Origin: Octopus vulgaris
Lineage: Eukaryota
Assembly (NCBI GenBank): GCA_951406725.2
Contig: OX597814.1
Location: forward strand, 103,726,001 to 103,790,000
Reading direction: 5' to 3'
DNA: 64,000 nucleotides
A program made the translations under genes and the position numbers. Numbering within the stretch: position 1 is the stretch's first letter; the number at the start of each line of letters is the position of its first letter. Positions 38,467 to 54,487 of the stretch are shown here, one piece after another. The notes below the pieces were generated by a model that did no database searches, was not told the origin of the DNA, and saw only the letters and a list, made by a program, of their open reading frames with translations.

Positions 38467-38521
38467 CTTCTATCTATAAATGTTTTAATATCTACGCAAA
38501 AATTATATATATATATATATA

Positions 38522-38848
38522 AAAGACCCCCTTCGGTCATGAATGACCATGGGATTGCACCTAGAAAGTTACCCTCCTAGACACAAGTCCGGGCAAGGTT
38601 GTTTATGGAAGGCCAGCAGTCGCCCATGCATATCAGCCTCCCCTCTCCACGCCACCAGTGTTATCCAAGGGAAAGACAAAGGTCGATACAGCTTGGCACC
38701 AGTGACGTCGCAACTCATTTCTACAGCTGAGTGAACTGGAGCAACGTGAAATAAAGTGCCTTGCTCAAGAACACAACACGCAGCCCGGTCCGGGATTCGA
38801 GCTCACAACCTCACGATCGTAAGCTCGACGCTCTAACCACTGAGCCAT
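38522..38848 (-). mobile_element. SINE family C, near full length
   Basis: Head TGGCTCAGTGGTTAGAGCG...GAGCTCGAATCCC; CORE/V-like TTCTTGAGCAAGGCACTT...CACTCAGCTGTAGAAATGAGT; tail CCATGGTCATTCATGACCGAAG. Confidence 0.92.
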
Positions 38849-38855
38849 ATATATA

Positions 38856-38981
<126 letters not shown>

Positions 38982-39572
38982 TCTGTGTGTGTGTGGTGGG
39001 GGTATTGTATAACTAATGCAAGCACAATTTTAAATCCTGGACCAAGATTTCGGTCCATCAGTTCATTATTCAATTATTCACGTTAGCGGAATAAAAAAAG
39101 GAGTGGTTTTTAACGGCTTGACCACTGTAAATCAGTGTAGATAGTTTTCCCTTGTTACACAATAAAGGAATTTTCAAAGAAAGACTTTGACATGTGCTGG
39201 CAGTTCGAAAATTAAGACTAATATCAAGGAACAGATCAAAATACTCTCGCTTAAGTTTTGCAGAGAAACTCCGAACAATTCACTTCTCTTCAGTACACAA
39301 ACCCAGTCTTAATTAAAAGAAACGAGATAAGGCCAACCTGAAAGAACATTCGCAAATACTTTCTCTGGAATTCCAAAGAGGATCTTTTAACCATTTTTTA
39401 AAATAACGGCGGACTTTATACAATTTCCACCACTAAGTGCACGATGGGTAGTAAGTCGTTCCGTTCGTGTGTTTTTTTTTCTAACACACTGATGTGCACA
39501 GTAATCTGCAGCATCAATTAAACGGAATCTTGGTTTGAAACTTTAATCTCGGTTTAAATAAAGAAACATGTA

Positions 39573-39981
39573 GGCGCAGGAGTAGCTGTGTGGTAAGTAG
39601 CTTGCTAACCAACCACATGGTTCCGGGTTCAGTCCCACTGCGTGGCATCTTGGGCAAGTGTCTTCTGCTATAGCCCCGGGCCGACCAATGCCTTGTGAGT
39701 AGATTTGGTAGACGGAAACTGAAAGAAGCCTGTCGTATATATGTGTATATATATATATATGTATGTGTGTGTTTGTGTGTCTGTGTTTGTCCCCCTAGCA
39801 TTGCTTGACAACCGATGCTGGTGTGTTTACGTCCCCGTCACTTAGCGGTTCGGCAAAAGAGACCGATAGAATAAGTACTGGGCTTACAAAGAATAAGTCC
39901 TGGGGTCGATATGCTCGACTAAAGGCGGTGCTCCAGCATGGCCGCAGTCAAATGACTAAAACAAGTAAAAGAGTAAAAGAG
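39573..39981 (+). mobile_element. SINE family A, full length
   Basis: Colinear with 35314-35727. Confidence 0.93.
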
Positions 39982-40592
39982 ATACCAGACTCAACTTGCC
40001 GTGTGTGTGTGTGTGTGCGTATAAATGTGTATGTATATATTGTGCACTTGTGTGTTTATGTTACTGTGCATATATGGGTATGTTACTGTGCTTGCCTGTA
40101 TATGAATCTATATCAATGTAAGAATGTGTATTTGTGTGTGTGTGTATGTCCTAGAGTGTTTGCATTTTCTTGTGTATATAAAAGAGAGAGACAATATGAA
40201 AACAGAAAGACAGAATTGAATTAATATTGTCTGTATTTCCTTAGGCCATTCCGTGTGTTGTGCTACATATAGATCCAACCACGCCCATCATGGTTGATAG
40301 CAGTGAAATTTAGAAGAGAGAGAAAATGAAAACTTGTTTTGAGGTTTTATATTGGAAAATAGGGGAGAGAGGGGAAGATGGGGGAGGAGAATGGTGTCTG
40401 ATGGACAGTAGAGGAAGGGAGAGTGGGATGGTAGGTGGTAGGAATACAGGCGTGGTGGAGGGAGGGAAAAAGAGGAAGGGAACAGAAAGGGATTCAGTTT
40501 GGCTCCTTCTCATCAAACCGGAAGTTTCTTTGTAACCTGGCTTCTCCATGCTGAATATCTAATTATGTATTTAATGAATGAATAAATAAATA

Positions 40593-40870
40593 ATGGTGGA
40601 GGCGGTGGCGATGGTGTTGATGGTGGTGGGGGTGATGATGGTGGTGGTGGTGGTGGTGGTGGTAGTAATGGTGATGATGATGACGACGACGACGACAGCA
40701 ACTATGACGACGACGATAATGATGATGATGATGATGAGGAGGAGGAGGAGGAGGAGGAAGAAGAAGAAGAAGAGGGGAGGAGGAGGAAGAAGAAGAAGAA
40801 GAGGGGAGGAGGAGGAAAAGGAGGAGGAAGAGGAGGAGGAGGAGGAGGAGGACGACGACGACGACGAGGG
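40593..40870. repeat. Compound trinucleotide tract (GGT/GAT/GAC/GAG/AAG)n
   Basis: Directly visible; gives homopolymer ORFs. Confidence 0.92.
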
Positions 40871-41344
40871 TAATGACAAAATAAAACCTGTGAAAATTAG
40901 TGTTTCTGATGTGTCAGTGAGAGGAAGAGGGAAGAGGGAAGAGGGAAGAGGAGAGAGGGGTAGAAAGGTGAGTAGGGAAGGAGGTTGAAAGGAGGGGAGG
41001 AGGTAAAGATTGAATGAATGAAACGAGAGGAAGAATATAAAAGAATGAATTTAAAACAAAAAGAGATAAATAAAAAAGAACAGAAAAAAGAAAGAAAGAA
41101 AAATAGCTGTGTATGTGTGTGTGTGTGTGCATATATTGTACATACACATGCATTCATATAGATATACTTCGGTTCTGAGATATCCTCAACTGAAAAGGAT
41201 GTCAGCTAATGCACGGTCGGTCTGAAACGAAATGGACGTTGTCTGGAAATAAAGCTTGTCGGACAACCTCAAGAGGAATTTGTTTTCCCATGTCCCACCC
41301 ATGCCAGCATGGAAGGTGAATATTAAATGATGGTGATGTGATCC

Positions 41345-41655
41345 AACAGTAGAGTCAGTCCTTTTATATGAAGCAACAGCCTGGGTGCTTACTAAAAACT
41401 GGAATCCAAGCTGGATGGAACTAATACCCAGACGTTAAGAGCAGTCTTAAATGCATCTTGGAGAACTCATCTCACCAAGAAACCGCTGTATGGCAATCTC
41501 CTGCCTGTTGCCAACATTATAAGGAAAAAGACACTGCTGGCAAGACAAGCAACAGCAGGGCAGTGACCCATTGCTGTGGATGCCAAAGCATGGTCATATT
41601 CGAGCAGGTCGTCTGTGCACAATGTGCGTAGATCAACTTAACAGAAACACTGGTG
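41345..41655 (+). mobile_element. RTE/RTEX-like LINE fragment
   Basis: TVESVLLYEATAWVLTK...KLDGTNTQTLRAVLNASWRTHLTKKPLYGNL...LLWMPKHGHIRAGRLCTMCVDQL. Confidence 0.8.
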
Positions 41656-41880
41656 GTGATGAGGATGACCATAATGATCAAGATGATGATGATGATGATG
41701 ATGATTGTGTGTGTGTGTAATAAATTGATGTATTTGTTATTCTATAAACTCTTTGAATATTTTGTGGATTTTCAGATATTTCTTGGGTAGAATAAATAAT
41801 TTCTAGTTTACAATTTCATCTGATATCCAATATCTGTTAAGGAGCTTAATACATTAGCGATATATACAGCCATTAAAAAA

Positions 41881-41930
<50 letters not shown>

Positions 41931-41931
<1 letters not shown>

Positions 41932-42440
41932 GAGTGAGAGAGCAGTACATGCCATCCAAGTGACACTAGGGTAAAATATACGAAGTCCAATATCACCATC
42001 ATAACTATCCATCTGATAAAGGTATACTAGGCACGTGCATCACAACCCATATGTGCGCGACAGGTGATCTCATATCAAGATAAATAGCACATGACCTTGC
42101 AGGTGAGGCCCAGTTAGAATTTTCTTCACATCGAGTAACCCATCCCGCTTAAAATGTTCCTAGATAAGGGTTGTTTAAGGTCGTTGAACGAAACGCCTAT
42201 GTTTCCAAAGGTGAAGTATCCAAACCCCAAAGAATTCCTCTCAACACATGGCTATAATGTACCCCCACTACTTCTACTCATCATCAGAAAGTCAAACAAC
42301 TGACAAGCAAATCTGTGGTATTGAGCAGAATATTTGCTGTAGACCATCTTTTATACCAAGACAAAATAATGTACATGATAACACTTCCAGTCAGTTAAGA
42401 TGGGAAGCCATGAAAGCCACTGATGGAAAGTGTCAGCTGT
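41931..42440 (-). mobile_element. Unclassified interspersed repeat ending in (AAT)n
   Basis: Complex sequence abutting the (ATT)n run at 41881-41930; no motif confidently recognised. Confidence 0.35.
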
Positions 42441-43025
42441 TCAATCTTTTTCAGCCATGTTGGTTGTTGAGTGCTGATACTTCCAAGTGCACCAATTACC
42501 ATTGGTAACACTTCTACTCTTTTTATTGACAACAACCTTCGTATTTCCCACTTCAATCCATCATAGTTGTTTACTTTTTCTTCTTCTTTCACATTGATCC
42601 TGTTGTCACCGGTGCATGCTATGTCGATTATCATGCATGTTCTTTCTGTTTTATTCACCACAACAATGTCCCGTTTCCGATGTCAGGTCGGTGATCGCAC
42701 TGGATCATTTATCCCATAAGATTTTGCAGTTCTCATTCTCGGTGACTCCTTCTGGGGTTTACTCATACCACATCCTTGCGCTTTGTAGGCCGTGATTTCC
42801 ACAGAGCTCCCAATGGATCATTTTTGTCACATTGTCATGGCGTCTTTTGCGTTCACGTTGCGCCGGTTTCGGGCACATTCGCTAACGTTCACATTTCTTG
42901 TCTTGCATTGTCTTTCCCTTCCATGCTTTTACTTTTTTTTTTGTTCATTTCTTGTTTAAATTTTTCTTTAGTTACACAATTTTCAACAGTGGTTCCACAG
43001 CATTTTTACATACCACCCTAAGCTG
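42440..43025 (-). mobile_element. R4/Dong-like LINE fragment (RLE region)
   Basis: KRRHDNVTKMIHWELCG...ENENCKILW...RDIVVVNKTERTCMIIDIACTGDNRINVKEEEKVNNYDGLKWEIRRL...MVIGALGSIS; 5' junction in (TTA)n. Confidence 0.88.
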
Positions 43026-43114
<89 letters not shown>

Positions 43115-43123
43115 CATCATTAT

Positions 43124-43350
43124 GGCGAGCTGGCAGAAACGTTAGCACGCCGGGTGAAATGCGTAGCCGTATTCCGTCTGTCGTTACGTTCCGAATTCAA
43201 TTTCCGCCGAGGTCGACTTTGCCTTTCATCCTCTCGGGGTCGATAAATTAAGTACCAGTTACGCACTGGGGTCGATATAATCGACTTAATCCCTTTGTCT
43301 GTCCTTGTTTGTCCCCTCTGTGTTTAGCCCCTTGTGGGTAGTAAAAAAAA
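43124..43350 (+). mobile_element. SINE family B, full length, inside (TTA)n
   Basis: Complete head, Meta-like core and GCCCCTTGTGGGTAGTAAA tail. Confidence 0.92.
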
Positions 43351-43355
43351 AATTA

Positions 43356-43392
<37 letters not shown>

Positions 43393-44291
43393 CATTATTA
43401 TTACGTAACTTCGTGCTTCCAGAAACATCTGTTGAATTATGAAAATATATATTTTATCTCATTCAGTATGTATGTGCGTATACTGACATTCCTTTGTGAT
43501 CTTTGAAATCGGTTACTCGTTTTGCTTACACAAAAACGGTTTGTAACTTCAGAAACCCAATTTGATTGTCTCCAGCTGAAACTGGCATCAATATGTACTT
43601 TATTTAAGAACATTGCATTTTCACTTTTCCATTTTCGAATTGGTAGCTAAGCATCATATCAAATTTAATGAGTTTCTAGAACATCTTTATATGCGGTAAG
43701 AAAACATCATCAGTTAATATTGGTGGTAAAATAGTGTCCCACTTAACATATTTTAATTTCTTGGCTAAACTTTCACTTTGCTGGAGTCGTTTTTATCAAA
43801 GAATTCTCAGTTGTTTATCTTTATCTGCTGGGAAGGTCTTTACTCGAAAATGGAATATATTATAGTCAACCTCTTACTCTTATTTTCTTCAAGATGTTCC
43901 GCTTCATGAATATTGCTGCTGCTGTTGCTACTGTTGTTGTTGATGTTAATATAACAACCGTTGTTGTTGCTGTTGCTGCTGTTTTATGTTTGGTTTGATT
44001 GTAATATTTCCGGTATTAACATTGCCTTATCTTGTACATGGGACAAGTCGACCGTGACCTCATGGCTGGCCTGTAGGTCATTTACCAATATTTTTTATAT
44101 ATCCTCAAACAAGAATTAAATATGTTTTTAATTTCGGAAATGACTTTAAATTAGACAACATAATTCTTAAAATAAATTCCTAAGAGTTATATTCTATCTT
44201 TGGTAATGGTTCTTCATAACTTTGGTATCTTCTCACACTGACACAAGAAATGGATTCACACTAAGAAAAAAATCTAGGTTTGTGTGTGTGT

Positions 44292-44336
<45 letters not shown>

Positions 44337-44354
44337 TGTGTATGTATGTGTGTG

Positions 44355-44390
<36 letters not shown>

Positions 44391-44668
44391 GAATATTTAT
44401 AAGAATTTGGTAGAAGTTTGGAAAATGAGAAGACTTGCAAAAGATATAGGTTATCCTCTTCGTGTAGAAAAACAACAACAACAACACAACAGCAAATAAT
44501 TTACGACGATCAACAATGATAATTTTCATTTAGTCTTTAATTTATTGAAAATAATATTGTATTTATAATGTCTTGATAATGTTTATAACTGATATGTATA
44601 TATGTATATACGTATATGTGTGTGTGTTTGTATGAATATATGTGTGTGTATGTTTGTGTGTATGTATG

Positions 44669-44702
<34 letters not shown>

Positions 44703-44769
44703 TGTGTGTATGTATGTATGTATGTATGCGTGTATGTATGTATATATGTATGCATGCATGTAAGTATAC

Positions 44770-44830
<61 letters not shown>

Positions 44831-44904
44831 TGTGTGTGTGTTTGTATGAATATATGTGTGTGTATGTATATATGAATGCATATATATGTATGTTCCCTTT
44901 TTTT

Positions 44905-46380
<1,476 letters not shown>

Positions 46381-46439
46381 TAGGTTTAGAATATTTTAGA
46401 AACAAGGTCGATATATTTTTTCGATACAAACACTGATAT

Positions 46440-46710
<271 letters not shown>

Positions 46711-49071
46711 TTTGTAGATTAACCCAAACAGATAAATCCAATAATGGGAAAGTAATGTTTCAAACAAGTCCCAAAATGTTTCTACATTTGTTCGTTTTAC
46801 TGATGAAGTTTTCCAGGAGGATATTCAAATCATTTTCATAACCCCAACACCACTAAAAGGGTCTTAACCGGTGCACTTGCTCCCATCGTCTCCTGTTCCC
46901 GAGCCTAAGTCTTTATATTTGTTACTTTTACTGTTTGCCAATGCCACCCGAGTGACGTCAGAGTGCAGTTAACAAACTGTCTCTGTTGACCTCCATCCTT
47001 TTCCTCTCCCTCTCTTTCCTTCTGTAAGTCTGTCATTATCACAGTTTCAATGGTAATTTGCAGCTGATGTCGGTATCTTGTGAGTTTTATTGTCTATGCA
47101 GCGGATTTCCTCCACAGACCAGTTAATTACTGATATCAGTGTTGATGTTTCAAATACATTGTGGGATATTACCTCGTGGTAAGAGAAAAACTCCGACTGC
47201 CATCCTTTTTCTTAAGAAAATTCCAGCATAAAATTCCTTACACCTCAACATGTATAATATATATATTTTCATTTTCTTTGTATGGTATATATTTTATTAA
47301 TAGCTTGGTAGTTTTAGTTCTGATCGGGTGCAACAGTGTTGGGGTTCACAAGTTTAGGGATTTAAAAGTTTGGGGGTTGAAAAACAATTATTCAACGTTC
47401 AGCTGGCAAATATAAACATTTCTTTTGGCGAAATTCCATCCATTATCAGCTAAGAATTTTTCTAAATCCAGCTGTATCTCAGCTTGGTAAAAAAATTCCT
47501 GTATAGATCTACAGCTCGTCCACATACATACGTGTGTGCGTGCGTGCATACATACATACATACATACATACATACATACATACATACATACATACATACA
47601 TACATACATACATACATACAAAACTAACCTGTTTGATTCTGTCTAAATTCCAATGAAGGAATCTTGTAACTGAGTTAGAAATTGACTCTGTCTTCATTGG
47701 GCAGAAATTCAAAAAATAAAGCCAAGTAAACATATTAAAATACATACCTATAAATATAAAAATAAGCATGCGTATGCACATATATATATCATATGTACAC
47801 ATAACATCTAACATATAAACATATAAGCTTTGAACCATGCATACGTATGTACGCACATTGCAGATAAGCCTGATAATGCCTTATAGCCAATAGTCAGGGA
47901 CTATAGACTATGCGGTTTATCAGTAACGTTTTTCGTCCTAGCAGTGACCCCTCCGTTAAGGAAATAATAAAGCTACATGATAGAATCGGCAGATTAGAGA
48001 AAGATTAACTTCATCCATAGTTTTTTTGGTGGTGACCTTATGCTATACTCAAGTAATAGTCATGATACCAAGAGACGGAACTGGTCACGGTATTCTCGCA
48101 GAATGGAGCTTGCACAGGATAAGTTTTCATATTTTGTAGCAAAACGAAGAAACATTACTTGTACCAACATTTGGAATACCAGACTGGACACCCGAAGAAA
48201 TATGCAACTTGAATATAAGGACTCGGGAAGATACTAGCGACGACTGGTAATGACACCGACAGGGTTCATGTTAAACGAATGGATGGAGTTAGAGAGAGAC
48301 AGAAGATGGGTCCACACAGCCTTTGTGGGAGCCTGGGTACGGCATCGTCTCTCTTAAACAACAACAATTGAACAGCAAAAAGAGAAATGAATACATGACG
48401 TGTATGGTCACCTGTGAAGGTAATAAGATCATGAGATTATGTGAAGAATTCTTCAACGAGTATTTCGGGAGGACAGTAACTCCATGCGAACCAAGGTAGA
48501 TGAGCTGACTTCTTTAAAAAACGACTTGGAAGAGAAATATTCATAAAAAAAGTAGCTCCTCATTACATATATTGATTTTTTTGTTTTGGTTTTTGTTTTA
48601 GAAGAAGCTGTCTATAAAATTACCCATAATTCACTAGCTTATAACTTATTGAACGTCTTGTCTTTATAAGCGTTTACGTTGAAGTTACGTCACCGATGTC
48701 CCGATTTTCAGTTTGAGGCAAGTTGAACAAGTTTCCTCGTTGCTTTCTGCACGTCTCGGGGAGAAACTATCGCCACTGCATTATAAACCAACGAAGCACT
48801 CATGCAATCCACACTGCTGACTTTATTGACAGCGGTGAGATGGGGCTATTATGGCGTCTATTTACAGTGGCAGCAAAATGGAATCAGAGAGAGAGAGAGG
48901 GAGAGAGAGAGGAGAGAGAGAAAGAGAAGTGAAGAGAAAAAGAGAATAAAGAGAAATGGGAAGACTGAGAGGGAGAAAGCGAGAGTGAAAGCGAGAGAGA
49001 AAGAGAGAGAGAATATGTGTAGTAAATAATGAGCAGTTCGATGAGTTTATTTCTTACATCGAAGATTTGCT

Positions 49072-49163
49072 ATGGTTCCAGGCGAGAATAAAAGAGAATT
49101 GGTTCCAAACGACAGTGGACAGAAATGTAGTTGCCTGCAACTGCTAACAAAGCGACATGGGAA
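49072..49163 (+). CDS. Weak candidate first coding exon (MVPGENKRELVPNDSGQKCSCLQLLTKRHG)
   Basis: GCTATGG context and strong donor GAA|GTAAGC, downstream of a GA-rich tract in non-TE sequence. Confidence 0.15.
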
Positions 49164-49744
49164 GTAAGCGTAAAGATAAAAATACAAACAATCTCATCAA
49201 CGACCAGCGCTATCGTCTGTTTTGTGCAGGCGACCATCCTGTGCTTATTGATTTCTTTCTTTTTATTTTTGCACCACCATGCGCAAACCTTCTTCTGGTA
49301 TTTGTCTTCGGCAGTGAACTCGCAGCTGTTGCTATTATCAAAGTAATCATTCCATTTAGTATTTGTCATGTTTACAGAAATCTTAGTGGTCTCATCGACC
49401 GAGATTATGTTTATCGGGATCTGCCATTCATTGCTATCAATAATTTTCTTCTCTCTCTCTCTTTCCTTTGCCTGTTTGTTATTATTTATTGCTCTCGAAA
49501 ATATTGTTTCATTTTCTTCTCCGTATACAAACATTTATCCATTATTAATTACACACTTCAGATATCTTCTATTTGGATACAGTCATCGACACCGATGAAA
49601 TATAGATAGGATAGTTATCTATCATATATAAGTATCTGGGCAAGAATGAAGGCTGGCAATTTCATCATACAGGCGAAACTCCGAAACTTACTACGTCGCT
49701 CGTGAAGCCATTTTTATTAATACATCCGTCGTTGTCGACGATGA

Positions 49745-50165
49745 CAAAGGACATCATATGGGTAAAGAAGACAGGTCACGGTGTGTCCGTCTGTGGCCAA
49801 TCAGTCCGATGTGTGCTCTGAAGGCTCTGCTACAGGCCAGGCACCGGTGGTCTGCTGGGAATGAAGGCAAAGAGTTGGATCCGGATTTGCGTAGTTCACA
49901 TTTTCTTTGTGTTCTTGTAACCCTGTTCTGTTTGTAGGAGGTGGCATCTCTGCTGGTGCAGCTCACCAGGCAGGGCGGTTTTGTGCTTGCCTTTCCCATG
50001 TTTTGGGGTTGATCTCAAAGCACTCCAGTGAGGTTTTGAGTATATTCTTGAAACGTTTTTTCTGTCCACCTTGCGTGCGCTTGCCTCCCACCAGTTTGTT
50101 ATAAAACAGTCTTTGGGGAAGTTGCGTGTCAGGTATTCGAAAAAGATGGTCTTCTCACCTGACTT
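49745..50165 (-). mobile_element. RTE (BovB-like) LINE 3' fragment with C2H2 finger
   Basis: HLFRIPDTQLPQRLFYNKLVGGKRTQGGQKKRFKNILKTSL...CLACSRAFRAHIGLIGHRRTH. Confidence 0.88.
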
Positions 50166-51254
50166 GACATTTAAAATACCAAGATTTCTTGTTCCGCTTC
50201 AGTGTCTTCTCACTTGACAGGTTCAACGAAAAACAATTTTAAAAAAGGGAAACTAATTCTTTCCCCAAACACAAAGAAACATTGCTGATGTTTTTATCTC
50301 CAGGTTCCATAACGTGAAGTGGATGATAGAGAAGACGTTGGCCTTCCATAGGAGATATCTTGCCTCTTTCACAATCAACTGGACGCGAGTAGTGTCATCT
50401 CCGAGTTATAAGGTTCTTGAGATCGATCCTATCGATCAACATTTCGAGAAAGAGTCTTTTATCCTAACTTCAGATTGATCAAAGGAATGTGAAGGAAACT
50501 GTACAGAATCCCATCAAATGAACTGTACATGTTGATGCGTTGTTGAATTCAGCCGCCACACAATGAGACTACACAACCACCACCATCACCACCGCTGACT
50601 AAAGGTGAACATAAGACTTTCTTTTTACCATTAATCCCATATACTTACATGAATAAATTAGTTAATTCCCAGGCATTTAATTAAATCTATAACTTCAAAT
50701 GTTCTGCTACTTAATCTCGACAATGAGGTGGACTAAAATATGTGGAATTTAGTGCAATTAAAAACTTGCCGTGAAATAAGTTATGGCTGCACTTACATAG
50801 ACCCCACCCTTCCCGTTACTCACCCCACACCTCATGGATTAACGATTTCCATTTACTTTGGCTCAAAGTCTCCTTCCTTCTTTTACCTAAAACTATCTGT
50901 ACCCTTTCTCTCTCTCTCTCTCTTCTCTTTCTTTCTTTCTTTCTTTCTGTCTTCTAACTGTTGAAACTAATAGGCATTTTTGGACAATATCTCATCTTGC
51001 ATTAAAGACCTATTTCTTCTAGTTCACTCGTTTCCAAACTCATAACCGACACTAGCTTCCACATTTCTTGTCATTCTCACATTCGTTCGCCATATAAAGC
51101 TGTCAGTGAAGCAACCGAATCTTTTCCGATCCTCAGCTTTCTTTACCCTTTACACCCCACCCCCCCACCAGATTATCGACACACTGAAATCCTAAACAGT
51201 CTTTGATCACTTTATCACCGCCAAACTTCATATTTTCTAAATCTCTAATTGTTG

Positions 51255-51390
51255 TTTAGTCGGCGATTAAACCGGCAACCCTGCCAAACCTGTTTAGTAA
51301 GGAGTCGGGTTTGAGTTTTCGGTAGACAACCCGCAGGACATAAAGCAGAACTTGTCAAAGGGCGGACGAACTTATAAGAGTCCACGGCCA
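51255..51390 (+). mobile_element. RTE 5'UTR-like repeat fragment
   Basis: CGGCGATTAAACCGG...TGTCAAAGGGCGGACGAAC..GAGTCCACGGCCA, homologous to 60725-60850 (-). Confidence 0.5.
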
Positions 51391-51500
51391 TATATGTGAG
51401 CGTACACATACATGCATACAAACATAGACACACACACATGCACACACATACATACATACATACATACATACATACATACATACATACATACATACATACA

Positions 51501-51534
<34 letters not shown>

Positions 51535-51604
51535 CATACACACAAACACATACTGGGCGCGCATACACATCCATAGATACATAAAAACATACATACGCAC
51601 ATGT

Positions 51605-52122
51605 TTGCAGTACCAGTACTCATATCAACATTTGGGCAGCTTGATGGACGCTTTGTAAGATCCGATCCATTGATGTGAAAACTCATATGATACTAACCAG
51701 CATACCGCCTCTACCTAAAACAAAAATAAGGCGTCATCGATCCAAACTGTCTTTGAATGTCGTATCGTATCCCTTCGACAACATCATTTAACCACCAAGT
51801 GTCGAAGTGCATCCCTTGACCAAGTTGTCATACTTGAGGCTGATAGCATCATAAGACTTGGAAGGCAACTCCTTAAGTAGCATTCCTTGTCTGATAACCT
51901 AGAATACCTGCCCAAAGAAGTTGCACGACTCTACTGCAACATATCATCAGATGAAAGGATGAACCTATATGAGCAGAAGGTAAAGAATGGATATTAGTAG
52001 AAAGCTCCGTGATGATAGTAACATTGATCATCAGAGCAGTCTAACATGGACCAACAACCGGATTACTACCGCCTTCTTTGAAGGGTTTGCGTTTGCAGTC
52101 CAGGAGCAGGAAATATCAATCT
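51605..52122 (+). mobile_element. RLE LINE internal fragment
   Basis: FAVPVLISTFGQLD...IRSIDVKT...IDHQSSLTWTNNRITTAFFEGFAFAVQEQEIS. Confidence 0.75.
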
Positions 52123-52921
52123 ATGTTAGTACTTATATACAAATGTAAAATAAAAGATTTCAGTGTTTTCAATGAAACAATCGTTATAGTAAAATGTTTT
52201 AGTTAATGTAGTTTAAATGCAACCCGTCCTGAGGGACGAGGACCCGTTGTAATAACTGGTGTTGTAAAAGTATAGAGACGACTATACGAAGGTTTAACGC
52301 ATGAAGATCTTTGATGAAAAAAAGTGACTGATTCTACACGAAAATAAAATATTTTCAACGATAGCTTTTTTTCTCTTCTAACATTCAGCGTACAACAACT
52401 TAACGAAACAAGTAAATTAAGAAATAATGATTAATATTATTAATTAAGACATGCAGTTTCATTTTGTTGGAACTAATGAAAAGAATGAGGAATAATTTGA
52501 AGCTGTTTATTTATGACTATCTCACTTTAATGGCGACAATGGACATCCTTCAATGACACAGAAAAGCATTTCGTTTTCAAGTATTTGTTAAACAACATTA
52601 AGTTTACTTAATCTCAATAATTCAGTAAACCGCAAGAATTGAACAAAATAATCGGGTTTCAGTTGTTGCTAGCTTCTTATCAGTAAAAATAAATGACAGC
52701 CCCAACTACTGTTGGTGTTGTTGTTATTATCGCCGTCTTCGTCGCTGTCGCCAACGTTGTCTTGGCGTCGAGTTTTCCATTTTGAAATTAATCCTCGAGT
52801 TACTGTGTTGCCATGCGCATGTCTCTTATTGTCGCTGGTTTACGTTAAAAGACAAAAATTATACTTGAGTCAAGTATGACATGTTGCGCGCCCTGTGTTT
52901 TTCATTTAAGATTTAGTACCT

Positions 52922-53152
52922 ATTTCTTTACTACCCACAAGGGGCTAAACACAGAGAAGACAAACAAGGACAGACAAACGGATTAAGTCGATTATATCGA
53001 CCCCAGTGCGTAACTGGTACTTAATTTATCGACCCCGAAAGGATGAAAGGCAAAGTCGACCTTGGCGGAATTTGAACTCAGAACGTAACGGCAGACGAAA
53101 TACGGCTACGCATTTCGCCCGGCGTGCTAACGTTTCTGCCAGCTCACCGCCT
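52922..53152 (-). mobile_element. SINE family B, full length, with about 24-bp TSD
   Basis: TTTTTC(A/T)TTTAAGATTTAGTACCT at 52898-52921 and 53153-53176. Confidence 0.95.
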
Positions 53153-53511
53153 TTTTTCTTTTAAGATTTAGTACCTCCACTCATGCCCTTCCCTCATAAA
53201 GACGATGACGTACACCAGTGTGGCAAAACCAAATCTCCACACCAACCCCACACCCCAATCTCAACAGAAAACAAGCACGAGTAACCGAAGAATCACGGCT
53301 GTTGTTGCCTGTTCTACATTTTCCAGTTTCTTTTAGGAATGAGGAAAATACGAAGGGCACGGCACATTAATTCTTGCCACGTCTCTCCAATAATTTCTGG
53401 CTTGAATATTGTTGTTCGCTGAACAACAATCGGTGAACGACAATGTGTATAGGCATAACATGGACAACTAGATACCCGACCTTTGGGTGATGAGCCACAT
53501 TCACGTCCAAG

Positions 53512-53547
53512 TGTTCATTCATTCTTAACGTTAAGAATGAATGGACA
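53512..53547. repeat. Palindrome (28-bp perfect core)
   Basis: CATTCATTCTTAACGTTAAGAATGAATG at 53516-53543. Confidence 0.9.
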
Positions 53548-53894
53548 TTTCGATATGTTGACATTCACAGTTTTTCGTTCTTCGAATAATTTTACCTTGG
53601 TTTCACAAACCTTTGCATGCTTCAGGAAAAATTTTTTAATTATTTCTTTGGATGGGGACAGCTGATGTTACATAGTCGCGAAGTACCGGGAAGTGTCGAT
53701 TACTGAAGAGGTGATAATTACGCCGTGACACTGGTGTCTAGTAGTTCAATTATAACATTTAATACAAGTGTGTGGTTTATACATATCGTCTCTGGAAAGT
53801 TACTATAATGGATCAAGTGCTTCCACACAGACAGAACCCAACACGTTGTAGTCGACGGAGTAAAATCAAACCCGGCCAAAGTCAGCAATTCTGC

Positions 53895-54100
53895 TCACTT
53901 CTTTTCATCATCTGTATCAATGACATTACTGACATCATCAAGTACAGCAACATATGAATCTAGGCAAATGATTCCAAGCTCCAGAAGGTCATCAATGAAG
54001 TGAGTGATCGAACATGCCTTCAGTCACCCCTATTGGCTGTCGTCCAATGGGTGGAAAACAACAATAGCTGCTGAACGAGGACAAATTTGAGTTGAGCCAC
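53895..54100 (+). pseudogene. Non-LTR RT fragment (CR1/L2/Jockey-type)
   Basis: LLFIICINDITDIIKYSNI*I*ANDSKLQKVINEVSDRTCLQ...VQWVENNN..LNEDKFE (decayed YADD region). Confidence 0.75.
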
Positions 54101-54190
54101 TTACACGTTAAATTTTCGGGCTGGCTGTTCCGTTGAACTCATCGACTAGAACTTATCATCGTAACCGACAGAGAGCCAGGGTATACATAT

Positions 54191-54221
<31 letters not shown>

Positions 54222-54228
54222 CATACAT

Positions 54229-54277
<49 letters not shown>

Positions 54278-54313
54278 CTGTATGTATATAATTATATATA
54301 TATATATATGCAT

Positions 54314-54349
<36 letters not shown>

Positions 54350-54487
54350 GCAAAGAGTGGATACGTAATGAACATGGCACAATAACAACTTGGCTGATGA
54401 AGTTATTTTGAGGTTTGATCAGTTTTTATAGACAAATATTGACTCTTGCGATAAATTCATCCCCCCCTCCCCAGCAGATACAATATT

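Noticed and set aside
38790-38848. tRNA gene calls from SINE heads (also 9538, 21451, 43124)
   Set aside because: A and B boxes are present, but there is no acceptor stem and each continues into a SINE body.
40593-40988. Acidic/basic low-complexity protein exon
   Set aside because: Compound trinucleotide repeat, open in several frames, with no splice support.
46953-46960. CRE site TGACGTCA
   Set aside because: A single 8-mer is expected by chance in 64 kb.
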